A stretch of 64,000 nucleotides of DNA, taken from the NCBI RefSeq assembly GCF_009914755.1, contig NC_060947.1. One strand, 5' to 3'. Of the stretch, positions 1 through 16,325 are shown piece after piece (position 1 is the stretch's first letter; the number at the start of each line of letters is the position of its first letter). The translations under genes were made by a program, and so were the position numbers. A model generated the notes under the pieces. That model was not told the origin of the DNA. It was given only the letters and a program-made list of their open reading frames with translations, and searched no databases. Source of the stretch: the human T2T-CHM13v2.0 reference genome, Homo sapiens.

Positions 1-170
1 TAAAATTTTAAAAAAAAAGAATAGTTCCTAGTTGAGAGGATTGTTTTTATAGCTTGATTATATTCTTTTCAAATACAATCTCTTTGATGTGAAGTAAAAT
101 CTAGGCAGATAGCCTGCCTTTTTCTCTCCCAGTGTTCTAGGCCAAGCTGTCAGATTTTAAAAGTATATGC

Positions 171-759
171 GGAAGACAGTGTGGCAATTCCTCAAGGATC
201 TAGAACCAGAAATACTATTTGACCCAGCAATCCCATTACTGAGTATATACCCAAAGGATTATAAATCATTCTACTATGAAGACACATGCACATGCATGTT
301 TATTGCAGCACTATTTACAATAGCAAAGACTTGGAACTAACCTAAATGCCCATCAATGATAGGCTGGATAAAGAAAATGTGGCACATATACATCATGGAA
401 TACTATGCAGCCATGAAAAAGGATTAGTTTATGTCCTTTGCAGAGACATGGATGAAGCTGAAAACCATCGTTCTTAAAAAACTAACACAAGAACCGAAAA
501 CCAAACACTGCACGTTCTCACTCATAAGTGGGAGTTGAACAGTGAGAACACATGGACACAGGGAGGGGAACATCACACTCTGGGGCCTGTCAGGGGGTGG
601 GGGACTAGGGGAGGGATAACACTAGGAGAAATACCTAATGTAGATGATGGATTGATGGGTGCAGCAAACCACCATGGCACGTGTATACCTGTAACAAACC
701 TGCATGTTCTGCGCATGTTCTGCACATGTACCCCAGAACTTAAAGTATAATAAAAAAAA
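171..759 (+). mobile_element. 5'-truncated LINE-1 3' end (L1PA7/L1PA8-like) with poly(A) and TSD
   Basis: ORF2 tail and 3'UTR motifs (tttgacccagcaatccc, ctcactcataagtgggag, cttaaagtataataaaa). TSD aaaagtatat(g/a)cgga at 159-173 and 756-770, at a TT|AAAA endonuclease site. Confidence 0.95.
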
Positions 760-1310
760 GTATATACGGATTTGAAAATGTGGGAATTATTTTCAAAATG
801 AAATTTATGTATTAAAAAGTTTACCTTGTAGAGTAATAATATATAATGAGGTTACCAAAAAAGTTATTAAAAAAACAAAAAGATATGAAAATTTGCCAGT
901 AGGTTGGATATGCATACATACATCTTATATTTTCCATTTTGGAAAGAGAATAAATGATACAATATGTAGTGCCATTAGAATGATATCATTAGAAAGCCAG
1001 CAATTATTATGGATTATTAATACGATTTTTAATATTGTACTTTTAAAATTAAACTTAATTATGAGGATCTTGCATATTGATCCTCTTGAACATGAGGATC
1101 ATGTTCACAAAACATAAATTATGAAAAGTCAGCTTTATTTGTTTCTTGAAAAAAATAATTAGACTAACACAATGCAGAATATATAAGAGATCTAGATTTT
1201 AAGAAAAATTAGAATGCCCTATTATCTTCTTAGGAAAAAAAGAATAAGAAATCTGTAGCTAAATGATCATATACTTAGATGATTTTGTAACTGGCTCACT
1301 TATAACATAA

Positions 1311-1631
<321 letters not shown>

Positions 1632-1791
1632 TAATTGGTGTGATATAGACTATGTTTGATGGCAGAATAGAAATACAAAAAGACCTCGGTAGTTGGAAAG
1701 GTGAAATGGGCCTAGTATAGTCATTTTTAAATTTTTGTTTAATGCTACAGGGAAAGAGGTTACATTCATGACAAGAATTGTGTAAGAATTA

Positions 1792-1887
1792 ATTATACAT
1801 TTTATGCCTGTATCAAAACATTACATATATTCCATAAATATGTACAAATATTAGGTATCCATAATAATTCAAAATTTAAAAATAAAA
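1792..1887 (+). mobile_element. L1MA-type 3' terminal fragment
   Basis: tatacattttatgcctgtatcaaaacattacat...cataaatatgtacaa followed by an A-rich tail. Confidence 0.7.
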
Positions 1888-2189
1888 CATAGATTTCCAA
1901 GGGAAAAAATTGTATAAGAGTAAAATGAACGGCCCCAAGAAGTAGTGAATTAGTTATCTTGCATTTATTGGAGTGTAATTTGATTAAACCCAGATAATGG
2001 TTACAAAGAAAAGTCAGGGACTAACCACATGGCTTAAATAACAGACTTTAAGGTATCTTCTAACTCTGAGAGTATTCAATATTTCTGAAGTGCTTACCAC
2101 TTATTTGGTAGATCATTATTTCTAGCCCTGTAGCAGATTCAAGCTAGCATAGAGCTTTGGCTCTTAAATACCTCCTGATTAAGTTGTTC

Positions 2190-2455
2190 TATCAACATAT
2201 CTTGTCAGATCTTATCTTCTACTGACACTTCATACTGACCTTCCTCTTTCATTTTTTTCCCTTCAGCAACTTATCACTACCTAACATACTACTTATACAG
2301 TATTATTTTTAATCTTAAATATGTTTCTCCCCCACCAACAGGTAGGCTCCGTATTTTTTATCCGTTTTGTTCTTTGCTGCATTCCCAGTGCTTAGAACCA
2401 TGCCTGGCACAGAGTTGACAACCAATACATGTTTGTCAAAAAAATGGAAGAAATG
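2190..2455 (+). mobile_element. L2 3' end remnant
   Basis: ttcccagtgcttagaaccatgcctggcacagag...caatacatgtttg resembles the L2 terminus. Confidence 0.7.
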
Positions 2456-2466
2456 ATAAAAGTCCA

Positions 2467-2817
2467 TGTATTAGTCGGTTTTCATTCTGCTGATAAAGAC
2501 ATACCCAAGACTGGGTAATTAATAAAGAAAAAGAGGTTTAATGGACTCACAGTTCCATATGGCTGGGGAAGCCTCACAAACATGGTAGAAGGCAAAAAGC
2601 ATGTCTTACATGGCACAGGCAAGAGAGAATGAGAGCCAAGCAAAACAAGTGTCTCCTTATAAAACCATCAGATCCCTTGAGACTTATTCACTACCATGAG
2701 AACAGTATGGGGAAACTGCCCCCATGATTCAATTATCTCCCACTGGGTCCCTCCCAGGAATCATGGGAGCTACAATTCAATATGAGATTTGGGTGGGGAC
2801 ACAGTCAAACCATATCA
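2467..2817 (-). mobile_element. THE1 (THE1B/C) solo LTR, ERVL-MaLR
   Basis: tgtattagtc...gggacacagtcaaaccatatca; perfect 5-bp TSD GTCCA at 2462-2466 and 2818-2822. Confidence 0.96.
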
Positions 2818-2836
2818 GTCCACAACGGCACCAACC

Positions 2837-3025
2837 ATATTTATGAAGCACTTTTTCAGGGCCTGGCATTGTACTAAGTACTACACATGCTAATGTGTCC
2901 CTGAGTTCTCAAGACAACAACAGCTTTGCCACAGGAACCTTCCCCATGTAGCAGGTGAAGAAATAGAGGTTCTGAGAGGTCAGATAACTTGCCCAAGGTC
3001 CTACAGCTACTCAGTGCTAGGTCAA
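2837..3025 (-). mobile_element. MIR SINE
   Basis: Core gtgaagaaatagaggttctgagaggtcagataacttgcccaaggtcctacagcta. Confidence 0.8.
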
Positions 3026-3563
3026 AATAATGTTCAATAATCTACAACTCCACCATGCCCAGCTCACTAAATCAAAAGCAAGTCATACCTTCCTCCTCTG
3101 ATTGTCTTCGGTTTAATCAAAGGGGTGAGGCATGTGACTCTCAGGGAGAACTGGCCTGTTGGCTGTGATACTGTTACAGGGGGAGGGATTAAACATATTT
3201 TTCCAGTATGGATTTGGTAGATTTTACTTAGTGCTGCATCTCAAAGAGGTCAGGACCTCAAGATTGTCAGGACAACGAAGAGCAGCTGCTCACAAATTCA
3301 TTTCCTGTGGGGCGAGAATCCCTTCTTTACAGTTTTAGATGGGAACAAATTTGGTAACTAGTTATAAAATGTCTGTGGCCAGTGCTCTTGGTTCCATTTA
3401 GATCTACTTGATGTTTTCTATTTGATAGGTATATTTAGATTTGTCTTATTTTTTTTCTTTTCTCTTTTTCCTTTTAAAAGTTAATTAACCATATTACAGT
3501 TAACTTGGAACAGGTGAAAATAATTTATAATCATCAAACCCTATACAACCTCATTGTCATTCA

Positions 3564-3992
3564 CTTTTTACTACTCAGGTATAATTTACATACAATAAAA
3601 TGTATCATTTTAAAGTGTACAATGCAGCAGATTTTAGTATATTAAAAGTATGTCTCCAAGGTTGTGCAATCATCTCCAATATCTAATCCTAAAACATTTT
3701 CACTACCAATGAGAAACTCCCCACTCATTAGTAACCACTTTCCATTCCTCACTTTCCTGAGTGCCTGGCCACCATGGATCTACTTTCTGTGTCTATAGGT
3801 TTGTCAACACTTCATATAAATGGAATCATATAGTATGTGATCTTTTGTGACTGGCTCCTTTCACATACCATGGTGTTTTAATGGTTCTTTCATGTTTGGC
3901 AATTCATTCACTTTTATTGGAAAATAATATGTCATCATATGGATTTACCACATTTTGTTTATCCATTCAATGATTGATATACATTTGGATTC
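3564..3992 (-). mobile_element. L1MB-type 3' end
   Basis: ggtataatttacatacaataaaatgtatcattttaaagtgtacaa...catataaatggaatcata...accacattttgtttatccattca. Confidence 0.85.
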
Positions 3993-4027
3993 TGCCATTA
4001 ATTGCTATGTTCATTTCTCCAGAGAGC

Positions 4028-4300
4028 AATTCTGACTCTACCATCTACTAGCACTTTGGCATTGAGAAAATTACTTAACACTTATGAGAGAAAAGAACCC
4101 TCTTCAACCCTCAATGATGTTAATAATCCTTATTTCATAAGGTTTCTTTTAATATTTTTCTCTTTTTTGTTTATTTTTTAAAATTTTATTTCAATAATTT
4201 TTGAGGGTATAGGTGGTTTTTGTTCACATGGATAAGTTTTTTAGTGGTGATTTTTCACATTTTTGAGGATTAAATGAAGTATGCAAAATCTGATGCTTAG
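4028..4300 (+). mobile_element. MIR interrupted by a short antisense L1PB-like 3' fragment (~4150-4256)
   Basis: MIR motifs aaaattacttaac and tttgaggattaaatga flank a T-rich tail plus gggtataggtggtttttgttcacatggataagtt. Confidence 0.6.
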
Positions 4301-4724
4301 GGAACTTCTAGAAATATTTTTGTCTCTTCATAGATTCCCTTCTTTTTCTGAATGTTGCTCTCTGCCTTGCTTACAGATACCACCACTCCTGGTTAGCATA
4401 CTTAGAGGTATATTTTAATATTTGAATTGTCAGAAAATAATATGTAAACAATAGGAAGACAATAATGATATATGAAATTTAAAACTCCCTGTGATGTTGA
4501 CTTACCCATATGCCAATCCCTTAAAAGCCCTCTGCTTCTCTGCACTGTTAGTGCTGAGGACATAGGGCTTCTCTTTGTCTCAAAGCGAATGCATCACCCG
4601 AAGTTCATGGGCCAGTCTCACCTGCATTCTCTAGACTCAAAATCACCATTCCCAGAACTTACTTAGATACACAAGTGTCTCATGTCCTCTGCTCTGTTCA
4701 ACCTCTGTAAATGCTCTGAAAGCT

Positions 4725-4893
4725 AGTATTCCAACTCTGTCCTTATTACCTGTGTGAACCCCATTGCCTTTGTTTCCACAGCTATAAAATGCAAATTATA
4801 ATAAACATAAATTCATGATTATTGTTAGGATTAAATGAGATAATGCACGAACGTGCTGCATATCACAGCGGGCAAACATTGTTCATAGAATGA
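4725..4893 (+). mobile_element. MIR SINE
   Basis: tttccacagctataaaatg...attgttaggattaaatgagataatgca. Confidence 0.75.
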
Positions 4894-5676
4894 ACACCTT
4901 ACCCTCAGGAAGAAGAAGGAGGAAAATCTATGTTACCTTCTCTCACTATTCACTTTCTTTTCTTCTTCACTTACAGACTATTTGGCATATATCTATTTCA
5001 GCTTGTATTTATTTAAGGAAACAAAATCATTCCCTGCCGAGCCCTTACACTATGTTTCAATTCTTGGTCTCCGTAGTCATTTTCTATATTGCACCATCAT
5101 TGTCACTATACACACACTCATGTGCACACACACACACACACATCTTATTTGGTATCATATTTGATGCCATTTGATATTTTTCTACTCGAAAATTAGGTAT
5201 TGTATTAAGAAAATTTATTCTTATTCATTCTTATTTAGCCAACCACATATTGTTAAATATTTAGTTTATGAATATTTTACTTTACCAAATGTTACTATGA
5301 TGAACAACTTTGTAACTAAAGTTTTATGCAATTTATTATTATCTACTTAGAATAAGTTCCCAGATTTTAAATTTCTGAATCAGAGGCATATATATTTTTG
5401 AATATTTTGTTACATGTTGTTAAATTGCCTTTAAGCGAGTTTGCACCAATGATGAGCAATTAAGAAATTTCATCTATCTTCATCATCACCCAAGAAAATG
5501 AAGAAAAATATTTGATAATTTTATAAGCAAAAATATCTAATAATAATTATATATAGGTGTTTTGCTAATTTAAAAACCTAATTGTATTATTCTGCAATGC
5601 TTTATAACCTAAAGTGAACTTTTATTCATATGTTGACTGGGCATTTACCTTTATTCTGTTCAGAAATTTCTGGTAC

Positions 5677-7527
<1,851 letters not shown>

Positions 7528-7539
7528 CTTTGAAAATAT

Positions 7540-8387
7540 CAATGAAAACATGAACAGACACTTTTCAAAAGAAGACATAAATGTGGTCAACAAGCATATG
7601 AATAAAAGCTCAACATCACTGATCATTAGAGAAATGCAAATCAAAACCACAATGAGATACCATATCACACCAGTCAGAATGGCTATGATTAAAAAGTCAA
7701 AAAATAACACATTACAGTGAGGTTGTGGAGAAAAGGGAATGCTTATATACTGTTGGTGGGAGTGTAAATTAGTTCACCTATTGTGGAAGACAGTGTGGCA
7801 ATTCCTCAAAGACCTAAAGACAAGTATCATCTGAACCAGCAATCCCATTACTTGGAATTGCCTTTGGAAATACCCAAAGGAATATAAATCATTTTATTAT
7901 AAAGACACATGCATGCATGTTCATTGCAGCACTCTTTACAATAGCAAAGGCACTTAATCAACCTAAATGTCCATCAATGGTAGACTGGATAAAGAAAATC
8001 TGGTACATATAAAACCATTGCATACTACGCAGCCATAAAAAAGAATGAGATCATGTTCTTCTGTATTAACATGGATGGAGCTGGAGGTCATTATCATTAA
8101 CAAGCTAATTCAGGAATAGAAAACTAAATACCACATGTTCTCACTTATTAGTGGGAGCTAAATGATGAGAACACATGGACACATAGCAGGGAACAACATA
8201 CACTGGGGCCTATCGAGCTTGGAAGCTGGGAGGAAAGAGAGGATCAGGAAAAATAACTAATAGATACTAGGTTTAATAACTGGATGATGAAATAATCTAT
8301 ACAACAAACCCCCATGACACATGTTTACCTACATAACAAACCTGCACATTCTGCACATGTACCCATCAACTTAAAAGTTCAAAAAAA
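7540..8387 (+). mobile_element. 5'-truncated L1 (L1PA11-16-like) 3' end
   Basis: catgaacagacacttttcaaaagaagac...gagaggatcaggaaaaataactaat...aacttaaaagttcaaaaaaa. Confidence 0.92.
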
Positions 8388-8390
8388 GGA

Positions 8391-8673
8391 GGTCAGGTGC
8401 AGTGGCTCATTGCTGTAATCACAGTGATTTGTGAGGCTGAGACAGTACGATCACTTGAGGCCAGGAGTTTGAGACAAGGCTGGGCAACATAGCAAGGCCC
8501 CATCTCTACAATTTTTTTTTTAATTAGCTGGGCATGGTAGTATGCACCTGAAGTACCAGCTACTCAAGAGGCTGAGGTGAGAGGATCACTGAGCCAAGGA
8601 GTTTAAGGTTGCAGTGAGTTATGGTCATGCCACTACACTCCAGCTTGTGTGATAGAGAGACATCCTGTCTCTA
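8391..8673 (+). mobile_element. AluJ
   Basis: Diverged dimeric Alu with J-type cacttgaggccaggagtttgag and gaggatcactgagcc; tail replaced by (CA)n. Confidence 0.92.
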
Positions 8674-8675
8674 AG

Positions 8676-8717
8676 TACACACACACACACACACACACAA
8701 ACAAACACAAACACACT
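8676..8717. repeat. (CA)n microsatellite
   Basis: Read directly. Confidence 0.9.
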
Positions 8718-8719
8718 CA

Positions 8720-9009
8720 TATTTATATTATTTGTAGCTACTGTAAATGGGATTGCCTTTTTGATTTTTATCAGGAAGGGATGCAGAATTTAACTGAATG
8801 CTTTTTCTCTGTCTATTGAGATAATCCTGTGGATTTTGTCCTTAATTCTGTTTATGTGATGTATCACATGTACTAATTTGCATATGTTGAATTATTCTTG
8901 CATTCCTGGGATAAATCCCACTGGGTCATAGTGTACTATCTTTCTGATGTGCTACTGGATTATATTTGCTACTATATTCTTGAGGATTATTTCATCTATA
9001 TTCACCAGG
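8720..9009 (-). mobile_element. L1 ORF2 (RT region) antisense fragment
   Basis: gtctattgagataatc...cattcctgggataaatcccact...catctatattcaccagg. Confidence 0.88.
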
Positions 9010-10054
9010 CATCACATTATCTGACATCAAATTATACTTCAAGACTATAGTAACCAAGGCAGCATGGCACTGGTATAAAAATAGACACATAGAACAATGA
9101 AACAGAAGAGAGAACCCAGAAACGAAGCCACATACCTACAACCAGCTGATCATTGAAATAGTCAATGAAAATATACACTGGGCAAATGAGAACCTACATA
9201 ATAAATGGTGCTGGGAAAATTAGATAGCCATATGCAAAAGAAAGAAAGACTCCTACCTCTCACCATATAGAAATATTAACTCAAGGTGGATTAAAAACCT
9301 CAAACTATAAAAATTCTAGAAGAAAACCTAGGATGGACTCTTTTGGACATTGGCCTAGGGAAAGAATTTATGATCAAGTCCTCAAAAACAAATTTGCAAC
9401 AAAACCAAAAATAGATAAAATGGGACTTAATTAAACTAAAGAGCTTCTGTACTGCAAAAGAACAATCAACAGAGTAAACAGATAACCTAGAGAATAGGAG
9501 AAAATATTTGAAATCTATGCATCTGACAAAAGGCTAATATCCCGAATCTACAAGGAACTCATACATCTCAACAAGAAAAAAAAAACTCCATTAAAAAATG
9601 GGCAAATGACATGAACAGACATTTTTCAAAAGGAAATAAACAAGTTGCCAACAAACATAAAAAAAAGTCAACATCTCTAAATATCAGAGAAATGCAAGTC
9701 AAAACCACAGTGAGATCTTACACCCATCAGAATGGCTAACAAAAACAATGAAAAGATCAGATGTTGGCAAGGATGCAGAGAAAATGGGATGTTTATACAC
9801 CACCGTTTATACTGATGGAAATGTAAGTTAGTATAACTGCTCTGGAAAACAGTGTGGAAATTTCTCAAAGAACTAAAAATGGAACTACCATTGATTCAGC
9901 AATCCTAATTCTGTGTATCTACTCCCTCAAAAAATATATTAAAAAGATACCTGCATTTGTATGTTTATCATAGCACTATTCACAATAGCAAAGATACGGA
10001 GTCAACCTAAGTGTCTATCAACAGAGAACTGGACAAAGAAAATGTGATATATCT

Positions 10055-10101
<47 letters not shown>

Positions 10102-10456
10102 TCTCCATGAAATACTACTCATCCATAAAAAGGAATGAAATAATGTCTTATGCAGCAACATGGATATGGATGCAGCTGCAGGCCATTATCCTAAGTGAAA
10201 TAACTCACAAACATGAATACCATATGTTCTCATTTACAAGTGAGGACTAAAATATCGGTACACATGAACATACAGAGTGAAATTAAAAAGTTGAAAAATT
10301 ACCTACTGGGTATAATATTCACTTTTTGGATCATAGTCACACAAAAATCCTAAAATTCACGACTATGCGGCATATATATGTTCACCACTATGCAACATAT
10401 ACATATAAGAAATTTGCATTTTGCCCCCTAAGTATATAAAATTTTTAAAAGAAAAA
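9008..10456 (+). mobile_element. L1PB (L1PB3/4-like) 3' 1.45 kb
   Basis: ggcatcacattatctgacatcaaattatac through a 3'UTR with gaaaaattacctactgggtataat and an A-rich tail. Confidence 0.92.
10057..10100. repeat. (AGAT)11 tetranucleotide STR inside the L1PB
   Basis: 44 nt of perfect AGAT units. Confidence 0.97.
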
Positions 10457-11275
10457 CATAAAATTAATTTGCAATTTCACAAATCTGTGCAACAAGTTAA
10501 TTTGAATGTGTTTAAGATAAATCATAATTTGCTATGAAGTTTGGCACTTCAGTTGAAAACAATAAAAGAGTCCTCTATTTTATCCCTGATTTTTTTCTAG
10601 TTTTTTAAATAAAATGTTTCCATATATGTGAAATAATATTTAGAGGGAGAAGAGCTTGAGGCCTATTCAGTAAATCATGAACAAAAGTGAAAAGGGATCC
10701 TGAAGCTTTCCAGTAACTTATGTCCAAGTGTTTTGAACCACATGCCTTATGGGTGTTTACAAAGCCAGAAAAACAAGGAACAAAGGGAAGACTATACATT
10801 TAGGATGTGAGTGTTTTTGGAGGAGGAGTACAATTTTATGTAAAATTATAAAAATGTTCGGTAGTTTTTTTGGGAAAAAAATGTTATCAATACTGACATT
10901 AGCTTAAGTTATTTCTCTTGAGAAAACATATTCAATACAAAAATGAGTATTATGAAACTATATATATATGTATTAATATATAGAAAAGAGCATCACTGAC
11001 TACCTGTACTTCTAAAATGCTTCTTTAGTACATATATTTTCTTATCAACATTTGTCAATTGCAAACATGAAAATTGATAAAATTGTATTATGTGCATACA
11101 GATATTGGTGTGTATGTATATACAAACACCCATATATATGGAAAACACAAGCATGTGGTAGTTGTGCAGAAGACACTATTTTAGACTGATGAAAAGCTCT
11201 TCAAAGGAGCTAATGTTTCTATTGTATAAAGGAGAAGTGGTTTAAAGGTGGAAATAGCAAGCTGGGACCTGTAAT

Positions 11276-12925
<1,650 letters not shown>

Positions 12926-13062
12926 ACATTTTGTTTATCCATTCATCTGTACATAGACACTGGGGTTGTTTCTACCTTTTGGCTATTGTGAACATTGCTG
13001 CAATGACCATTGCCATGCAAGTAACTATTCAAGTCCTGGTTTTAAATTATTTTGAATATGTA
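12926..13062 (-). mobile_element. L1M 3' fragment
   Basis: cacattttgtttatccattcatctg...ttttggctattgtgaa. Confidence 0.8.
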
Positions 13063-13063
13063 C

Positions 13064-13306
13064 TGATATGTTTTGAATGTGTCCTCCAAAGTTCATGTTT
13101 TGGAAACTTAATTCGCAATGCAATAGTGCTAAGAGGCGTGACCTTTAAGAAATGACTCATGAAAGGCTTAACGTAATTATTGCAAGGGTGGGGTTTGTTA
13201 TATAAACAAGTTTGTCTCTTGCTCTCTTTCACCGTTTCTCACCGTTTCACACTCCATCATGAAATGACACAGCAAGAAGGCCTGCATAAAATGCTGACAT
13301 CTTGAT
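13064..13306 (+). mobile_element. MSTD/MLT1A-type MaLR LTR, 5' part
   Basis: tgatatgttttgaatgtgtcctccaaagttcatg...gacacagcaagaaggcc. Confidence 0.8.
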
Positions 13307-15376
13307 AAAGTTCCCCTTTGTAAAACATTAAATCATCTGAGTCTTATTCACTATCATGAGAACAGCGTGGAAAAGACTGCCCCCCCCCAACCCCGATTCA
13401 ATTACTTCCCACCGGGTCTCTCCCACAACATTTCAGAATTATGGGAACTACAGTTCAAGATGTAATGTGGGTGGGGACACAGCCAACCATTTCATTCTGC
13501 CCCTGGCGCCTCCTAAATGTGAGATCCATACATTTCAAAACCAATCATGCTTTCTCAACAGTCCCCCAAAGTCTTAACTCATTTCAGCATTAACTCAAAA
13601 GTCCATAGTCCAAAGTCTCATCTGACACAAGGCAAGTTCCTTCTGCCTCTGAGCCTGTAAAATCAAAAGAAAGTTACTTACTTTCTAGATACAATGGGGG
13701 TACAGGCATTGGGTAAATACATCCATTCCAAATGGGGGAAATTGGCCAAAAGAAAAGAGCTACAGGCCCCATGCAAGTCTGAAATCCAGTGGAGAAGTCA
13801 AATCTTATAGCTCCAAAATTATCTTCTTTTACTCCATGTCTCACATCCAGGTCACATTGATGCAAGAGGTGGGCTCCCATGGCCTTGGTCTGCTCTGCCC
13901 CTGTGGCTTTGCAGGGTACAGCCCCCCTCCTGGCTGATTTTGCAGGCTGGTATTGAGTGTCTGTGGCTCTTCCAGGTGCACAATGCAAGCTGTCAGTGGA
14001 GCTACCATTCTGGGTTCTGGAGGATGGTGGCCCTCTCTCACAGCTCCACTAGCAGTGCCCAAGTGGGGACTCTGTGTGGGGGCTCCAACACCACATTTTC
14101 CTTCCACACTGCCCTAGAAAAGATTCTCCATGAAGGCTCCACCCCTGCAGCAAACTTCTGCCTGGACATCCAGGTGTTTCCATACATCCTCTGAAATCTA
14201 GGTGGAAGTTTCCAAACCTCAGTTCTTGACTTCTGTGCACACGCAGGCCCAAAACCTTTTGGAAGCCACCAAGGCTTGGGGCTAGCACCCTCTGAAGCAA
14301 TGGCCTGAGCTCTACATTGGCCCCCTGTTGCCATGGCTAAGACACAGGGCACCAAGTTCTGAGACCGCAAAAAACAGCAAGGCTCAGGGCCTGGCCCACA
14401 AAAACATTTATTCCCCCTAAGCCTGTGGGCCTATGATGGAAGGGGCTGTTGTGAAGACCTCTGACATGCCCTGGAGACATTTCCCCATTGTCTTCGCAAT
14501 TAACATTTGGCTCCTGGTTACTTACGCAAATTTCTGCAGCTGGCTTGAATTTCTCCCCAGAAAATGTGGATTTATTTTTTATTGCATTCTCAGGCTGCAA
14601 ATTTTCCACACTTTTATGCTGTGCTTCCTCTTGAATGCTTGGCAGCTTATAAATTTCTTCTACCAGATACCCTAAATTATCTCTCTCAAGTTCAAAGTTC
14701 ACCAGACCACTAGGGCAGAGGCAAAATGCTGCCAGTCTGTTTGCATTACAAGAGTAACCTTTACTCCAGTTCCCAAGTTTCTCATCTCTATCTGAGACTA
14801 CCTCAGTCTGGATTTCATTATCTAAATCACCATCAGCATTTTGGTCAAAGCTACTCAACAAGTCTTTAGGACGTCCCAAACTTTCCCACATCTCCCTGTC
14901 TTATTCTGAGCCCTCCAAACTGTTCCAACCTCTGTCTGTTACCCAGTTCCAAACTTGCTTCCACATTTTCAGGTATCTTTACAGTAGCACCCCACTCTAC
15001 CAGTACCAATTTACTGTATTAGTCTGCTCCCATGTTGCTAATAAAGACATACCAGAGACTGGATAATTTATAAAGGAAAGAAGTTTAATTGACTGACAGT
15101 TCCACATGGCTAGGGAGGCTTCACAATCATAGCAGAAGGTGAACAAAGAGGAAAGTCACATCTTACATAGCACTAGGCAAGAGAGACAGCATGTGCAGGG
15201 GAACTCCCCTTTATAAAACCATTATATTTCTTGAGAGTTAGCCACTATCACAAGAACAGCATGGGAAAGAATTGCCCCATGATTCAATTACCTCCCACCA
15301 GGTCCCTCCCATGACATGTGGGAATGATGGGTGCTATAATTTAAGATTTGGGTAGGAACACAGTCAAACCATGTCA
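13307..15376 (-). mobile_element. THE1C/D element: 5' LTR 15015-15376, internal 13495-15014, truncated 3' LTR 13307-13494
   Basis: Two THE1 LTR copies flank a 1.5-kb THE1 internal region; junction cagtaccaatttac|tgtattagtc. Confidence 0.95.
14337..14891 (-). pseudogene. THE1-internal MaLR ORF relic
   Basis: MWESL...DQNADGDLDNEIQTEVVSD...GNWSKG...FELERDNLGYLVEEI; homologous to the ORFs at 20398-20649 and 48106-48639. Confidence 0.85.
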
Positions 15377-16325
15377 CTCCTCTTCAATTTTTTCGAAGTG
15401 TTTGCAAAAAATTATTTATTTTTCTTGAAGTGATAGAATTCACCAGTGCAGACCTGTGGTTAATGACATTTTTTGGTTGGATGTTTTGATTACTGCTTTA
15501 ATCTTTTTACTAGTAATAGTTCTATTCAATTTTTTTTTAATTTCTTCATGATTTTGTGTTGGTAGATTGTGTGCTTCTTAGAATTTGTCCATTATATCTA
15601 AGTTATCCAACATTTTGCATAAAACTTAACATTATTGTCTTATAATGCTTTATATTTCTGTAATATTGATAGCTATAGTCCCACTTTTATGTCTGATCTT
15701 GGTAACTGGAGTCTAATTTTTAATCATTAGCCAATGTAACTACAGGTTTGTTAATTTTATTGATGTTATTAAATAACCAATTTTTAATTTCACTGATTTT
15801 CTCTATTGTTTTTTCTATTCTCTATTTATCTCTGCTCTAAACTTTATTATTTCTTTTGTTATGCTAGTTTTTGATTTCGCTTTCTTTGTTTTTACTAATT
15901 CTTTAGGGTGTAAGGTTAGTTATTGTTTTGAGACCTTTCTTCTATTATGTGTTTATAGCTACATCTTTTCCTCTTAACACTGGTTTCATTGCATCTCATA
16001 TTTTTATTGTATGTTGTGTTTTTATTTTCATTTGCCTCAAAGTATTTTCTAATTTCTCTTGTTACTTTTTAAAATCAATTGGCTGATTAAGAGTGTGTTG
16101 TTAAATTTTCATGTATCTACAAATTTTCCAATTTTCTTTTGGGTCTTCATTTCTAGTTTCATTTCATTGTGATAAGAAAGCATGTATTGTATAATTTCAT
16201 ACTTTTAAAATTTGTTAAAGTTAATTTTGTGTCCTAACATATGGTCTGTCCTGGATAATGTCCTATGCCTACTAAGGAAAAATTTGCATTCTGCTATTTT
16301 CGAGCAGAGTGGTCTATATATATAT
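15377..16325 (-). mobile_element. L1M ORF2 antisense fragment
   Basis: gatagaattcaccagtg...tttatctctgctctaa...cctaacatatggtctgtcctggataatgtcc. Confidence 0.85.
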
